Shown here: positions 19,487 through 29,471 of the stretch, piece after piece
Layout: each line of letters opens with the position of its first letter
Numbering within the stretch: position 1 is the first letter of the stretch
NCBI GenBank assembly: GCA_963754315.1
Contig: CAVWFS010000011.1
Span: 96,001-160,000 of the forward strand
Length of the DNA stretch: 64,000 bases
Direction of reading: 5' to 3'
DNA from: an uncultured Candidatus Rokubacteria bacterium
Lineage (GTDB): Bacteria; Methylomirabilota; Methylomirabilia; Rokubacteriales; CSP1-6
Position numbers and translations under genes: made by a program
The notes under the pieces: generated by a model
Database searches by the model: none
What the model was told of the DNA's origin: nothing
What the model saw: the letters and a program-made list of their open reading frames with translations, nothing else

Positions 19487-21022
19487 GGCCGGACGGCCGC
19501 CTGGAACTCGTCGGGGCCGAGCGTGTTCAGCACGTCCCGAGCAGTGAGCCATCCGCGCCGCGCCATGTCCACACCCCAGCGCAGGTAGGAGAGATCGGCC
19601 ACCGAGTGGGCGTCGCTCGACACCACGAACTTGAGACCGCGTCGGTGGGCCTCACGGATCCAGCGGGGTTCCATGTCCAGACGATGGGGATCGCCGTTGA
19701 CCTCGATCGCTGCGCGGGTCGCCGTCATGGCATCGAGGATCTCCTCGACGTCGCAGTCGATGGGCGGGCGCCGGAGCACGTAGCGTCCGAGGGCGTGGCC
19801 CCAGATCTTGAAGCACGGATGGCGCATGGCGGTGACGATCCGGCGCGTCATCTGCTGGGTGTCCATCCGGTGACGATGGTGAATGCTGGCGATGACCACG
19901 TCGAGCTGCTTGAGAACGGCATCCGGATAATCCAGGGAGCCATCGGCCAGAATGTCGGATTCCGTCCCCCGCAGAAGCCGCACGGTAACGTTCTCCTGGA
20001 CGCGGGCAATCTCGTCCCACTGGCGGCGAAGACGATCGAGCGGGAGGCCCCGCGCGTAGGACGCCGTGACCGAGTGGTCGGTGATGGTCAGGTATTGCAT
20101 GCCGAGCGCGTCGGCCGCGCGCGCCATCGCCTCCACCGAGTCCCTGCCGTCTGAGTAGGTCGTGTGGCAGTGGACCATGCCACGGAGGTCGGCGAGCGTG
20201 AGGAGATCGACCGGCAAGGTCGCCGTGGCGGCCGCTTCCACCTCTCCTGCGTCCTCCCGCAACTCGGGCGGGATCGGGGCCAACCCGAGGTGGCGATAGA
20301 TGTCGGCCTCGCCGCGCACGACGAGGCGGCGCCCTCGACGCCGAAGCCCGGTCGTGTCCATGACCATGCCCCGCTCCCGAGCCGATCGCGGCGAGCTTGG
20401 CCAGATGGCCTTCCGAGCCGGTCAGCCGGTGGAGGGTCACCGCGAACGCGGGCAGGGGCACCACGCTCGCGCTGAGGAGAAGGCCGCCGGCCAGACGGAG
20501 GACGATTCGCTCGGCACCGCGCTCGAGCAGCTCCGCCGTCAACGGAAAGCGAGCGAGGTGCTCGAGGACCGCGGGCGGCTCGTCGGTGGCCACGACCAGG
20601 TCGAGTTGCGACACGCTCTCGGCTCGCCGGCGCAGGGCGCCCGCCAAGTCTGCGTGCGCCACGGCCGGATGTGCGCGAACGTAGGCGAGGACTCCGTCAC
20701 CTTCGGCGGTCGCTGCATGAAGGAGCGCGACCGAGGGCCGGGGAGCCAGCTGCTTGAGGTCAACTCGCTGACGGAGCTCGGCCAACAGCGTGCTCTGACC
20801 CGTGCGCACGAGCTCCCCGATGGTGTTCGCCAGGTGAGGGCCGATGTCCCGGACGCGGAGCAGCCGTCCCTCCGCGATCAGCACAGGCAGAGGCTCGGTG
20901 AGCGCCTCGACCGCGCGAGCGGCGCGCGCGTACGCCCGCGCCCGGAAGGGTTGGGTCCCCTCGGCCTCGAGAAGGAGCCCGATCTCGCGCAGGGCGCCGG
21001 CGACACGAACATGGTCGAGCAC
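19483..21022 (-). CDS. polX: PolX-PHP (family X polymerase/3'-5' exonuclease) with a frameshift near 20382 and a degenerate polymerase site
   Basis: N-terminal PF.ARAY..AA; AGALRR..ESVSQLD; PHP motifs HCHT, TDHS, GH, EVN, SDAH; two reading frames join at ATC-G-GCT. Confidence 0.85.
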
Positions 21023-21086
21023 GTCCTCAGTGTAGCGTGCCCTTGGCAGGCAAGGCGTGCTGAAGGGGCAGTGCTAGACTCGAGCG

Positions 21087-21686
21087 ATGGAGGCGTGCTG
21101 CGCGGTACGCGCTGTTCCCGAGCGCCAACGGCGCGTCCTGCAACTCGTGCTCGGGATCAATGGCGCCATGTTCCTGGTGGAGTTCGTGGCTGGAGTGGCC
21201 GCGAGCTCGACCGCGCTGCTCGCCGACTCGATCGACATGCTGGGCGACGCGATCGTGTACGGGTTCAGCCTGTACGTCGTCACCAGGGGCGTCAGATGGC
21301 AGGCACGTGCCGCCCTGTTGAAGGGTGTCATCATGGCCGCATTCAGCGTGGGCCTCCTCGTGCAGGTGGCGCTCAAGCTTGCGCTCGGCTTCAAGCCGAG
21401 CGCGGCGGTGATGGGAGCCATCGGCCTCCTCGCGCTAGGCGCCAATCTCGCCTGCCTGGGCCTCCTGTGGGGACGACGCGACGATGATATCAACATGCGA
21501 TCCGTGTGGATCTGCTCCCGCAACGACGTCATGGGGAACCTTGGCGTATTGCTCGCCGCCGCTGGTGTCGCCCTCACCGGTGGCCCCTGGCCGGATATCG
21601 TGATCGGCCTCCTGCTGACCGCGGTCTTTGCGAGCTCGGCCGTCAAGGTCATCGGGGAGGCGCGGCGCCAGCTGGCGGTGACCTGA
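21087..21686 (+). CDS. Cation diffusion facilitator-like transporter (TM domain only)
   Basis: SSTALLADSIDMLGD, DDINMRSVWICSRND, WPD. Confidence 0.88.
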   Translation: MEACCAVRAVPERQRRVLQLVLGINGAMFLVEFVAGVAASSTALLADSIDMLGDAIVYGFSLYVVTRGVRWQARAALLKGVIMAAFSVGLLVQVALKLALGFKPSAAVMGAIGLLALGANLACLGLLWGRRDDDINMRSVWICSRNDVMGNLGVLLAAAGVALTGGPWPDIVIGLLLTAVFASSAVKVIGEARRQLAVT

Positions 21687-22653
21687 GATCCAACGCCCGA
21701 ATCTTCTGGGCGAGTACGAGACCGATCCGGTGATGGACCTCGGCGCTCGCGTGCACGTCATTGGGGCCCACCACGCGGGCCGGTATCGGAAGGCCGGCAA
21801 CCAATTCCTCGACACTGATGACATCGGCGCCGCGAGCGCGCATGTGCTCGGTGACGACCTGGGCGTAGTTCAAGAACCCCGGATCGGGCAGATAGGGAAA
21901 GACGACCACGATGAGCGGGATCCCGGTCCGGACGAAATCGTCCAGCTCGCGTAGATGCGACTGCACGATGTCCTGGCGCGACCACACCTCGCGATAGTGC
22001 CGCAGGATCGGCTCGTAGTCGACGCGCGAGAGCGACCAGTACGCGTAGTTGGCGAGCCGGGACGTGGTGACCACGGCCCGAGCTGGCCGTGAGAGCCCCG
22101 CGTACATGACGACCTGGGGCGGATCGGGTATCCCCGCCACTTTGACCGCGGCGTCGATGTCGTTCCCGAAGTAGGACAGCACGACGACGTGGGGCGGCTG
22201 CGGAAGCTTCCGGAGGATATCCAGTTCGTCTCTGGTGTCCAGTCCTGGCCGGGCCGCCACACTCACCCGGAACGCTCCGGGGGCCGCCTGTTCCAGAAGG
22301 TCAGCGAGCAGCCAGGGGAATGCGTCCTTCGGATTGCAGATACCGAGTCCGGCCGCGAACGAGTCACCGAGAACCAGGATGCGGGTGGGGGCAGTGCTCG
22401 AGTTACTGCTCGGCTGCTCGCGGAACCCGGAGGCGTCGGTCCGCCAGCACTGATCGCGCCAGAGTGCGGTCGCGGACAGATCCCGCGAGGGTATCGCCGT
22501 TCGGAATAGGATCTCGCCAGCGATCAGGCCGGCCAGGACTCCGGCAGCCACCAGGACCAGTCGCCATCCCACTGACGCGGTTCCTCCTCCATCCGTGTTC
22601 CGCGCGATCGTAGCAGCTCCGCGCCCTGCCGCGGCATGCAAGACGGGCAGCAC
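21649..22653 (-). CDS. SGNH/GDSL hydrolase family membrane-anchored protein
   Basis: LVLGDSF, FGND and D.H motifs; N-terminal TM segment. Confidence 0.8.
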   Translation of the reverse strand: MLPVLHAAAGRGAATIARNTDGGGTASVGWRLVLVAAGVLAGLIAGEILFRTAIPSRDLSATALWRDQCWRTDASGFREQPSSNSSTAPTRILVLGDSFAAGLGICNPKDAFPWLLADLLEQAAPGAFRVSVAARPGLDTRDELDILRKLPQPPHVVVLSYFGNDIDAAVKVAGIPDPPQVVMYAGLSRPARAVVTTSRLANYAYWSLSRVDYEPILRHYREVWSRQDIVQSHLRELDDFVRTGIPLIVVVFPYLPDPGFLNYAQVVTEHMRARGADVISVEELVAGLPIPARVVGPNDVHASAEVHHRIGLVLAQKIRALDLRSPPAGAAPPR

Positions 22654-22655
22654 GA

Positions 22656-23240
22656 TCAGGCGAGCTTCAGTGCGATTTCTTCACCGTTGCCGATGGGAAC
22701 GGTCACCGCGAACAGCTGAGGGTGGGATTTCACACGGAGGAGGAACTCCTCGAGCTCGTGCGTGTGCGAGGTGACGTTGTCGGCAATGAGCATGCCTCCC
22801 GTCCGCAGCCGCGGAACGGCCAGCTCCAGGTACGAGAGATAGCTCGGTCGGTCCGCGTCGAGAAAGACGATGTCGAAGGGGCCGGGAAGCCTGGCGAGGG
22901 TGTCGGCGGCGGGCCCGGTGATGATCTCGACCAGACCGTCGAGGCCCGCGCTCGCCAGGTTGGCGCGGGCGAGAGCGACCTTGTCGGGGTTGACCTCAAG
23001 GGTGGTGACGCGCCCGCCGGTCGCGCGGGCCGCGTCGGCCAGCCAGATCGTCGAGAAGGCATTGGACGTGCCCACCTCCAGGATCCGCGTGGCGCCTGTG
23101 GCGCAGACGAGGAGCCAGAGGAGTCGACCCGTGTCCCGCGTGATGTTGAGCATGCGCTTTGGGCGCGCACTCTCGCGAGTGTCGTTATCCTCTCCGAACC
23201 TGGCCAGCCTCTCCAGCAGCGCTAGGAGCGAGTCGTCCAC
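22656..23240 (-). CDS. Class I SAM-dependent O-methyltransferase
   Basis: ILEVGTS, FDIVFLDA, IADN. Confidence 0.9.
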   Translation of the reverse strand: MDDSLLALLERLARFGEDNDTRESARPKRMLNITRDTGRLLWLLVCATGATRILEVGTSNAFSTIWLADAARATGGRVTTLEVNPDKVALARANLASAGLDGLVEIITGPAADTLARLPGPFDIVFLDADRPSYLSYLELAVPRLRTGGMLIADNVTSHTHELEEFLLRVKSHPQLFAVTVPIGNGEEIALKLA

Positions 23241-23274
23241 GAGGACTCCTCATGCAGGCGCCCGTGCCCGGGCC

Positions 23275-23565
23275 TCATACGCCCTCGACCATGACCAGGT
23301 TCGTTCGCCCGGCCTTGAACCGGAGCGCCTTCGGCCCCCGGTACTCCTCGGAGTCGTACCAGCGCCGCGCGGCGTCCATGGTCGGAAACTCGAGGATCAC
23401 TAGTCGGGTCGGCTTCCACTCGCCCTCCACGGTTTGGTGGGCGCCCCCGCGGACCAGGAAACGCCCACCGTACTTGGTGACGGTCGCAGGCACCTGCTTG
23501 CGGTACTCGTCCATGGTGGCCGGGTCTGTGACCGTCACATCGGCGATGATGTAGGCTGGCATCAC
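23275..23565 (-). CDS. DUF1330 family protein
   Basis: KYGGRFLVRGG, EG.W.P.RLVILEFP, WYDSEEY. Confidence 0.92.
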   Translation of the reverse strand: MMPAYIIADVTVTDPATMDEYRKQVPATVTKYGGRFLVRGGAHQTVEGEWKPTRLVILEFPTMDAARRWYDSEEYRGPKALRFKAGRTNLVMVEGV

Positions 23566-24518
23566 GCACCTCCTTGGGAGACTTTGCCTGCTCGCGGCCA
23601 GCGGACCTTGCTGGCCGCCTTGTCGTCACGGAGTCCGAGAAAGGCCGGGTGGCGCAAACGGCCGTCGTCGGTCAGCTCGGTGTAGGCCACCTGGGCCACG
23701 AGCCGCGGCTCGAGCCAGGTGACGTTCCGCTCGCGGGGAAGATCGTAGAACGGGGAGGCTTGTCGCACTAGGGGCCCGAACTGCTTCATGAGATCGGTCA
23801 GCGTATTGCCAGTGAAGCCGGTGCCGACCTTGCCGGCGTAGCGCAGCTTACCCTGCTCCCACGCACCGACCAGGAGCGCTCCGAAGTGCTGACGTGATCC
23901 CTCCGGGCGCGTGAAACCGCCGATCACGAACTCATCCTCGTTACGCACCTTGACCTTGAGCCAATCCGGAGAGCGCGTGCCCGAGCGATATACCGAAGCG
24001 AGCCTCTTCGCCACCAAGCCCTCGAGACCCAGCTGCTGCGCCGTCTCGAAGGCCTTGAGCCCGCCGTCGGCAAGACGGCGGGCGAGCTGCAATGGCGGCT
24101 TCGGTTTCACTTCTGCCTCCAGCACACGCCTGCGTTCGGTCAGCGGCCGGCCGCGGAGATCCTGGCCGCGGGCGAACAGGCAGTCGAAGAGAGCGTAGAC
24201 CGGCTTCGCGGCGCCATCATCGCGGCGCTGCAAGAGCTGGAAGCGCGACACGCGCGAGGCCTCGAAGACCACGACCTCGCCGTCGAGCACGAGCGTGGGG
24301 GCGGGCAGGGCCGCGATGGCGGCGACGATGTCGGGAAAGTCGGCGGTGCGATCGCGGAGGTTACGCGAGAGCAGCCTGACTCCGGCGCCGTCCTTCTCGG
24401 CCAGGACGCGGATGCCATCGTACTTCTCCTCGTATACCCAGCCTGGGCGGTGAAAGGGCGCATTGGTCAGCGAGGCGAGCATGGGCGGGCCAGCAGGGGG
24501 TAGGCGGTCCGCGGCCAC
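23562..24518 (-). CDS. ligD: Stand-alone NHEJ ATP-dependent DNA ligase (LigD ligase domain)
   Basis: EEKYDGIR, LDGEVV, FDCL, EGLVAKR, WLKVK, KVGTGF, LRHPAFLGLRDDK. Confidence 0.93.
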   Translation of the reverse strand: MAADRLPPAGPPMLASLTNAPFHRPGWVYEEKYDGIRVLAEKDGAGVRLLSRNLRDRTADFPDIVAAIAALPAPTLVLDGEVVVFEASRVSRFQLLQRRDDGAAKPVYALFDCLFARGQDLRGRPLTERRRVLEAEVKPKPPLQLARRLADGGLKAFETAQQLGLEGLVAKRLASVYRSGTRSPDWLKVKVRNEDEFVIGGFTRPEGSRQHFGALLVGAWEQGKLRYAGKVGTGFTGNTLTDLMKQFGPLVRQASPFYDLPRERNVTWLEPRLVAQVAYTELTDDGRLRHPAFLGLRDDKAASKVRWPRAGKVSQGGA

Positions 24519-24519
24519 G

Positions 24520-25278
24520 TCAGCGACCGCGAGGGCGCCGCACCCGTGCGGCGGACCTGGCGGCAACCGAGCGCGTCTTCGGCGGACGCCGAGCGGTGTC
24601 AGGAGGGGCCACCGGCCGGGGCGGATCGGTGGCGGCGGCGACGGCGAGCTGCCGGGGGCTGGCCCCGGCGGCCTTGGCGATGCCGGCCATCGTGCGGCGG
24701 GAGACGACGGACAGGGGTTTGGTGACCGTCAGGTCCTCGGTGGAGACATAGGCGTCACGGTGTTTGATGAGGAGCCACTGGCGCTCGCCCCGGGTGCGGA
24801 CGAGCACCCACGACCCCCGGAGCTTGCGCCCGTGCACGGTGAACTTCAGGTCGCCCTTCGCCAAGGTGCGGTCCACGTCGTCGGTCTCCGGAACCCAGGT
24901 TCCCTGGTCCCAGATCATCACGGTGCCGCCGCCGTACTCGCCCTCGGGAATGACGCCCTCGAATTGGTTGTAGTCCATGGGATGTGGCTCGGTCTGCATG
25001 GCCAGCCGCTTGACGCTCGGATCGAGCGACGGCCCCTTCGGTACCGCCCAGGAGAGCATCACGCCATCGTGCTCGAGCCGGAAGTCGTAGTGCAGGTGGC
25101 TAGCGCGGTGCTTCTGCACCACGAACTCCCGGGGCCGGTCGGTTCGGCTAACGGCCCGCTTGGCGGCCGGTTTTCCCGCGGGCTCTGGCGTCACGTTGAA
25201 CCGCCGCTTGCGCTGATATTCGGCCAGACGACCGTACTGGCTCAGGTCGGGGAGGTCTCGTGTCTGAGGCTCGGTCAC
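24520..25278 (-). CDS. Stand-alone LigD 3'-phosphoesterase domain protein
   Basis: FVVQKH.ASHLHYDFRLE, SWAVPKGPSLDP, FEG.IP.GEYGGG.V.IWD. Confidence 0.93.
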   Translation of the reverse strand: MTEPQTRDLPDLSQYGRLAEYQRKRRFNVTPEPAGKPAAKRAVSRTDRPREFVVQKHRASHLHYDFRLEHDGVMLSWAVPKGPSLDPSVKRLAMQTEPHPMDYNQFEGVIPEGEYGGGTVMIWDQGTWVPETDDVDRTLAKGDLKFTVHGRKLRGSWVLVRTRGERQWLLIKHRDAYVSTEDLTVTKPLSVVSRRTMAGIAKAAGASPRQLAVAAATDPPRPVAPPDTARRPPKTRSVAARSAARVRRPRGR

Positions 25279-25350
25279 CCCTCCACTCTAGTCAATGGCA
25301 GGGACGCGTGCAAAGTGCCACGCCGAGCGGGCGGGAGCGTGCTCGATACC

Positions 25351-25524
25351 TTACGTCCGAAGCCGGCGGCTGCGCGAAGTCAGGGTCCGGTCCCGCGCTC
25401 GGCGCAGGGGGACGGTGGCGCGGTAGCATCCCATGTGGATGAGGCGCTGCTTGTCGACGAACGCGACAGGTCCGCTTGTGGGCAATGGCTGACGACAAAT
25501 GGCACAGTCGGCTCTTCCGGTCAT
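25351..25524 (-). CDS. Small CxxC...HxxC putative zinc-binding protein
   Basis: CAIC-x19-HMGC; GGAG upstream of the ATG. Confidence 0.5.
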   Translation of the reverse strand: MTGRADCAICRQPLPTSGPVAFVDKQRLIHMGCYRATVPLRRARDRTLTSRSRRLRT

Positions 25525-26145
25525 CGCACACTCCATGCAAGAGACCCAGACTTGCGACCCCGTCTTCGACGGCCAGCGCGCCCAAAGTCACCGAAAGCGC
25601 GGCGAACGTCCACTGGCGTCGGACCGCCTCCCTCTCGGGCGGCGACCAAGGTGGCCACCGTGCGTGAACAGCAACGCTCGTGCCGTGTGGCTAGGCTGAA
25701 GCGCGTCCGGTTGTGAACAGACCCTCAACCTTCCGCTGGCTGGGTGTCCCCCTTGCGGTCCTTCTCGTCGCCGGCGGCTCGTTTCAAGGGCTTCTGATAC
25801 CTGGGCTGCCGTCCTACGTGGTTCCCGCATTGGCGCTGGTGGGGGCAAGCTTCGTCGCGTGGTCATTCGTGGGGTCCCTGCGGCGGTTGTTGCGACGTTC
25901 GTGGCTACGAGCACGTGCATTGGGAACTCCAGAAAGGACGGGGGGGCCCTTACGAGGATCCAGTCGCCCGCACGGGCGGATGTCTCAAGGACACCGAACG
26001 GTATCCGAGCGATCGACTCGTTCTCACCTATCCGGTATCGTGCGCGCCTTGATGGAGTGACCCATCCCCCGCCTCAGGTTTCACAGCCAGCGCACGCGGT
26101 TTTCGGTGGAACGCGAAGCGTCCGGTATAGAATCGGTCCACTCTC

Positions 26146-26904
26146 ATGTTTCCCTATCGCGACGAGAACGAGACCCAGCGTACGCCGCTGATCACCCTGG
26201 GCTTGATCGCCCTGAACGTGCTGGTGTGGTTCTTCATCCAGGGGGCTGGCTCCGCGATGCCGCTCGCGAAGTCGGTGTGTGAGCTGGGCCTCATCCCAGG
26301 CGAGCTGACCGGCGCGTTGCCCCCTGGCGTGCGCTTTCCGATGGGCGACGGGCTGGTGTGCCTGACCGATCCAGGCCGACAGCTGTCTCACCTCATCACC
26401 TCGATGTTCCTGCACGGCGGGTGGATGCACCTGATCGGCAACATGTGGTTCCTCTGGCTCTTCGGGAACAATGTCGAGGATTCCACGGGGCGCATCCGGT
26501 TCCTGGTCTTTTACCTGGCGTGCGGGCTGGCCGCGGCCATCGCCCAGGTCGCGACCAATCCCGCCTCGCCCATTCCGATGGTGGGCGCCTCGGGAGCCAT
26601 CAGCGGGGTGATGGGGGGCTACCTGATCCTGTATCCGAAAGTGCGCGTGTTTTGTCTGGTGTTTCTAGGGTTCTTCGTGACCTCCATCGGGTTGCCAGCA
26701 TGGATGATGCTGATTTACTGGCTCGCGCTTCAGTTCGTGAGCGGCCTGGCCGCTTTCGGAGGCGAGGAGGGCGGCGTGGCGTTCTGGGCCCACGTCGGGG
26801 GCTTCGTGGTGGGACTGGTCCTCGTCAAGCTGATTGCGCAGAGGAAATACGTGGAGGCTCATCGACGCCACCACTGGCGCCCCAGCCGTCTGGCGCGAGG
26901 ATAA
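26146..26904 (+). CDS. Rhomboid family intramembrane serine protease
   Basis: SMFLHGG..H..GNM, GASG, WAHVGGF. Confidence 0.94.
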   Translation: MFPYRDENETQRTPLITLGLIALNVLVWFFIQGAGSAMPLAKSVCELGLIPGELTGALPPGVRFPMGDGLVCLTDPGRQLSHLITSMFLHGGWMHLIGNMWFLWLFGNNVEDSTGRIRFLVFYLACGLAAAIAQVATNPASPIPMVGASGAISGVMGGYLILYPKVRVFCLVFLGFFVTSIGLPAWMMLIYWLALQFVSGLAAFGGEEGGVAFWAHVGGFVVGLVLVKLIAQRKYVEAHRRHHWRPSRLARG

Positions 26905-26972
26905 GGCAGCTCCTGGACCGCCCTGCGGGGCTCGCTGGCGTGGGTCGGCGAGGATGTCGGCGAGGATATGCT

Positions 26973-28067
26973 TCACAGGAGCGCGTCGACAACGAGCTTC
27001 TGGAAGTGGACGATCAGATGTTCGCTGCGCGCCAAGAAGCGGCCCCGGGAGGGGACCCCCGCGCGTAGCCCGCGCTGGACGGAGTCGGTCAGGCGATCGT
27101 CCTCCCGGCTAACCTGGCGGTTGAAGTCGATCATCTCGCGTCGAGCTTCCTCCGGCACGTCAGGGCCGAACCAATGCTCCGAGAATCCGCCCGTCCGCTC
27201 GGGCCCCATAGGGACAAACACGTCGAGCGACAGGTTGGGATGGCCCGGGTTGATGCTGAGGGTGAAGTGTGGCCAGAGATGGTGGTATTGCGCCTGGGTA
27301 ACCGCGCCCCGCACGTCGTAGGCCGGCTTGCGCCCCCGACCTTCGAGAGCCGAGCGCCGCACCGGCGCCACCTGGCTGGAGAACCAGCCATGAGCCTCGA
27401 GTGCATAGGCGTCCTCGTCGACGTCCACCACGGTGCTGAAGCCGGGATGCTGCACGGGACAGTGGTAGCACTCGAGGAAGTTCTCGATCATCACCTTCCA
27501 GTTCGCTTCGGCCCGCCACTCCTCGCGGTCGTGGAATCGGAGCTGTTCGAGGACGAGGCCACTGCCGGCGATGATCGACGGCAGTCGACCGAGGTAGTTG
27601 GCGAGCGCGGGCGCGCCAGTGTCGAGGTTGACGAAGACGAACGGGCCCCACGTGTCGAGCGCCACCGGCAGCAGGGGATAGTCGTCTAGCTCGAATCCCG
27701 CCTCGTTCTGGGCGCGCGGGGCGGCGCGCAAACGCCCCCCAAGATCGTAGGTCCAGGCATGGTAGGGGCACTGCAGCGTGCGCCGGTTCCCGGCCCCGCT
27801 CACGACCAGGTGGCGTCGGTGCCGGCACACGTTCACGAAGGCCCGCAGTCCCGCCTCGCTGCGGACGACCACGACCGGCACATCGGCGACCACGCAGGCG
27901 AAGAAGTCGCCCACGCAAGCCACCTGCTCGGCATGCCCGACGTACTGCCAGGCGCGGCGGAAGATACGGTCGCGCTCACGGTCCATGAGGGCCGGGTCGA
28001 CATACCACGAGGCCGGCAGCGAAATCCCACGGTCCAGATCCGTCTTCAGGGTCGGCCCGTCACTCAC
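26973..28067 (-). CDS. Rieske aromatic-ring-hydroxylating oxygenase alpha subunit (choline monooxygenase-like)
   Basis: CRH...CPYH Rieske motif; NWK..IENFLECYHC...H mononuclear iron site. Confidence 0.92.
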   Translation of the reverse strand: MSDGPTLKTDLDRGISLPASWYVDPALMDRERDRIFRRAWQYVGHAEQVACVGDFFACVVADVPVVVVRSEAGLRAFVNVCRHRRHLVVSGAGNRRTLQCPYHAWTYDLGGRLRAAPRAQNEAGFELDDYPLLPVALDTWGPFVFVNLDTGAPALANYLGRLPSIIAGSGLVLEQLRFHDREEWRAEANWKVMIENFLECYHCPVQHPGFSTVVDVDEDAYALEAHGWFSSQVAPVRRSALEGRGRKPAYDVRGAVTQAQYHHLWPHFTLSINPGHPNLSLDVFVPMGPERTGGFSEHWFGPDVPEEARREMIDFNRQVSREDDRLTDSVQRGLRAGVPSRGRFLARSEHLIVHFQKLVVDALL

Positions 28068-28202
28068 CGTGAGCAGAGTATCACTCGTGAACCTTCTTCA
28101 AAGTACCCGACGTGCTCAGTCATCTGGTCGACGTGCAAGGCACACAACCGTCATCGAAACGCACAACGCTTGCCGAAAACCACTGTTGCCATCTTTGCAG
28201 GG

Positions 28203-28218
28203 TGGCATCACCCATGCA
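28203..28218 (+). promoter_or_regulatory. Putative sigma54 -24/-12 promoter
   Basis: TGGCATCACCCATGCA (GG-N10-GC) upstream of the glycosyltransferase. Confidence 0.55.
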
Positions 28219-28274
28219 CCGATCGTGGCAGGAGGACGGGCGATGCTGGAGTCCTTGCGTTGTCTGTATCCGCT

Positions 28275-29471
28275 ATGACGGTCCCGGCGGTAGTATCCGC
28301 CCTGTTAGTGGCGCTCGGTCTGATGCTCGCCTTCCTCATGGCGATCGCGCAGCGCCGTCTGCACCGGGCTACGCCTCCCCCGATTCCGCGGCGACTGCCG
28401 GGTGTGAGCATCCTGAAGCCTCTCAAGGGCGTCGACGCGCACCTCCGAGAGAATTTGCGAAGCATCTTCAGGCTCGACTATCCGAGCTACGAGGTCATCC
28501 TTGGCGCGGAGGACCCGGGCGACCCGGCGCTGGCCGTGGCCCGGTCGGTGGCCGCCGAGCACCGCCGCGTCCCCTCGGTCGTGGTCGCGAATCCGCGAAC
28601 GATCGGCTTCAATCCGAAAGTCAACAACCTCGCCAACCTCGCTCGTGTGGCGCGCTACCGTACCTTCCTCATCAGTGACAGCAACGTTCGCGTCCCTCCG
28701 GGGCATCTCAAGAACTTGGCAGCCCACCGCGCGCTGGCGGGCGGGGGACTCGTGTGGTCTCTCTTCCGCGGTACCCATGGACGCGGTTTGGGTGGCGCCC
28801 TCGAGTCGCTTCAGCTGAACGTGGCCGTGATGGGGGGTGTCAGTGGGCTCATGCATCTGCTCGGGATCCCCTGCGCGGTCGGGAAGTCGATGCTGGTCGA
28901 CCGGAAGGATCTCGATGGGATCGGAGGGTTCCCCTTCCTGAGCCGGTTCTTGGCGGAGGACCACGTGTGCGCAGAGGAGCTGGCGGCCCGGGGCCGGCCG
29001 GTGGTGGTCACCGGCTGTCTCATCGACAACGTGCTTGGTCGCCGCACGCTCCGAGAGTTCGCGGCGCGCCACCTGCGCTGGGCACGGCTCCGCCGCCACG
29101 TCAGCCTGCCGTGCTATCTGGCCGAGGTGCTCCTCAACCCGTCGTTCATCGCGCTCGTGGCGCTGCTGATCTTCCGTACCAGGGAGGCGGCGGTGGTGGC
29201 CGGTGTGGCACTGGCCGGGATGTCAGCGATCGCGTGCTGGACCGAGCGCGAGCTGGGCGTTAAGCGGGCCTGGTGGCTCTATCCCGCCCTCGAGCTTGGG
29301 CTGAGTACGGCCAAGGGAGTGCTCTGGTTCGTCCCGTTCTTCAGTCGTACTGTCGTGTGGCGTGGCCACGAGCTTACCTTGCGATCGCGGACACGGATCG
29401 AACTGAACTCCCCCGAGCCCCCGCTGCCCGCGGGCGGGCGGGCGAGTCCAGGGCTAGCGACGAGCGTCTGA
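28275..29471 (+). CDS. Ceramide glucosyltransferase/HpnI-like GT21 glycosyltransferase
   Basis: SILKPLKG, NPKVNNL, ISDS, LAED, RHLRW. Confidence 0.88.
   Translation: MTVPAVVSALLVALGLMLAFLMAIAQRRLHRATPPPIPRRLPGVSILKPLKGVDAHLRENLRSIFRLDYPSYEVILGAEDPGDPALAVARSVAAEHRRVPSVVVANPRTIGFNPKVNNLANLARVARYRTFLISDSNVRVPPGHLKNLAAHRALAGGGLVWSLFRGTHGRGLGGALESLQLNVAVMGGVSGLMHLLGIPCAVGKSMLVDRKDLDGIGGFPFLSRFLAEDHVCAEELAARGRPVVVTGCLIDNVLGRRTLREFAARHLRWARLRRHVSLPCYLAEVLLNPSFIALVALLIFRTREAAVVAGVALAGMSAIACWTERELGVKRAWWLYPALELGLSTAKGVLWFVPFFSRTVVWRGHELTLRSRTRIELNSPEPPLPAGGRASPGLATSV

Noticed and set aside
19483..21022. Programmed frameshifting in polX (also brnA and the 58446 gene)
   Set aside because: No slippery sequence at the shift sites; single-base indels are better explained by mutation or assembly error.
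25309..25325. Sigma54-like site upstream of LigD-PE (a similar one lies near 28135-28150)
   Set aside because: GG-to-GC spacing is 11 rather than the required 10.
25713..26060. Possible small membrane protein ORF
   Set aside because: Two hydrophobic stretches but no SD or recognisable family; support is insufficient.
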